Source of the DNA: Macrostomum hystrix
Lineage: Eukaryota; Animalia; Platyhelminthes
Length of the DNA stretch: 64,000 nt
Direction: 5' to 3'
Assembly: GCA_950097015.1 (NCBI GenBank)
Contig: CATNEN010000037.1
Coordinates: 3,534,001 to 3,598,000, forward strand
Position 1 is the stretch's first letter. Each line of letters opens with the position of its first letter. The position numbers and the translations under genes were made by a program. Under the pieces are notes generated by a model. That model ran no database searches and had not been told where the DNA came from. It saw only the letters and a program-made list of their open reading frames with translations. Of the stretch, positions 63,999-64,000 are shown one piece after another.

Positions 63999-64000
63999 AT

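Overview
This is eukaryotic (animal) genomic DNA, not prokaryotic. It has spliceosomal GT-AG introns and one GC-AG intron, GC3-rich exons, and about 33 tandem minisatellite arrays with 8-59 bp units. By my rough sum the arrays cover about 27 kb, roughly 43% of the window. The style (GGC/CAG triplet runs, a different minisatellite in nearly every long intron) suggests an invertebrate, possibly a free-living flatworm such as Macrostomum; that is inference only. Gene models were built by hand from splice sites and phase consistency. (1) An Ig-superfamily gene on the - strand, with one clear phase 1-1 Ig exon at 10571-10915. (2) A TTLL10-like tubulin-modifying ligase on + (19144?-27375) with a degenerate active site. 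(3) An intronless rhodopsin-class peptide-receptor-like GPCR on - (30498-31856). (4) A 6-exon, 297-aa short collagen on + (41340-48469) with an N-terminal membrane anchor, a furin site and a GPI-signal-like C-terminus. (5) A 2-exon, 596-aa DEG/ENaC channel on - (50402-53898). (6) A 4-exon, 250-aa Pro/Gln-rich orphan on - (56678-60048). (7) MORN5 on + (61288 to beyond the window end). Most long ORFs in the supplied track are repeat translations or antisense shadows. The strongest leads are the doubly anchored collagen, a 37-bp hairpin with 16-bp arms and an 8-bp flanking duplication repeated 13 times inside a minisatellite (transposon-footprint-like), the pseudoenzyme-like TTLL, and splice sites built from or crowded by repeat units. 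No rRNA, tRNA, CRISPR array or intact transposase was found.
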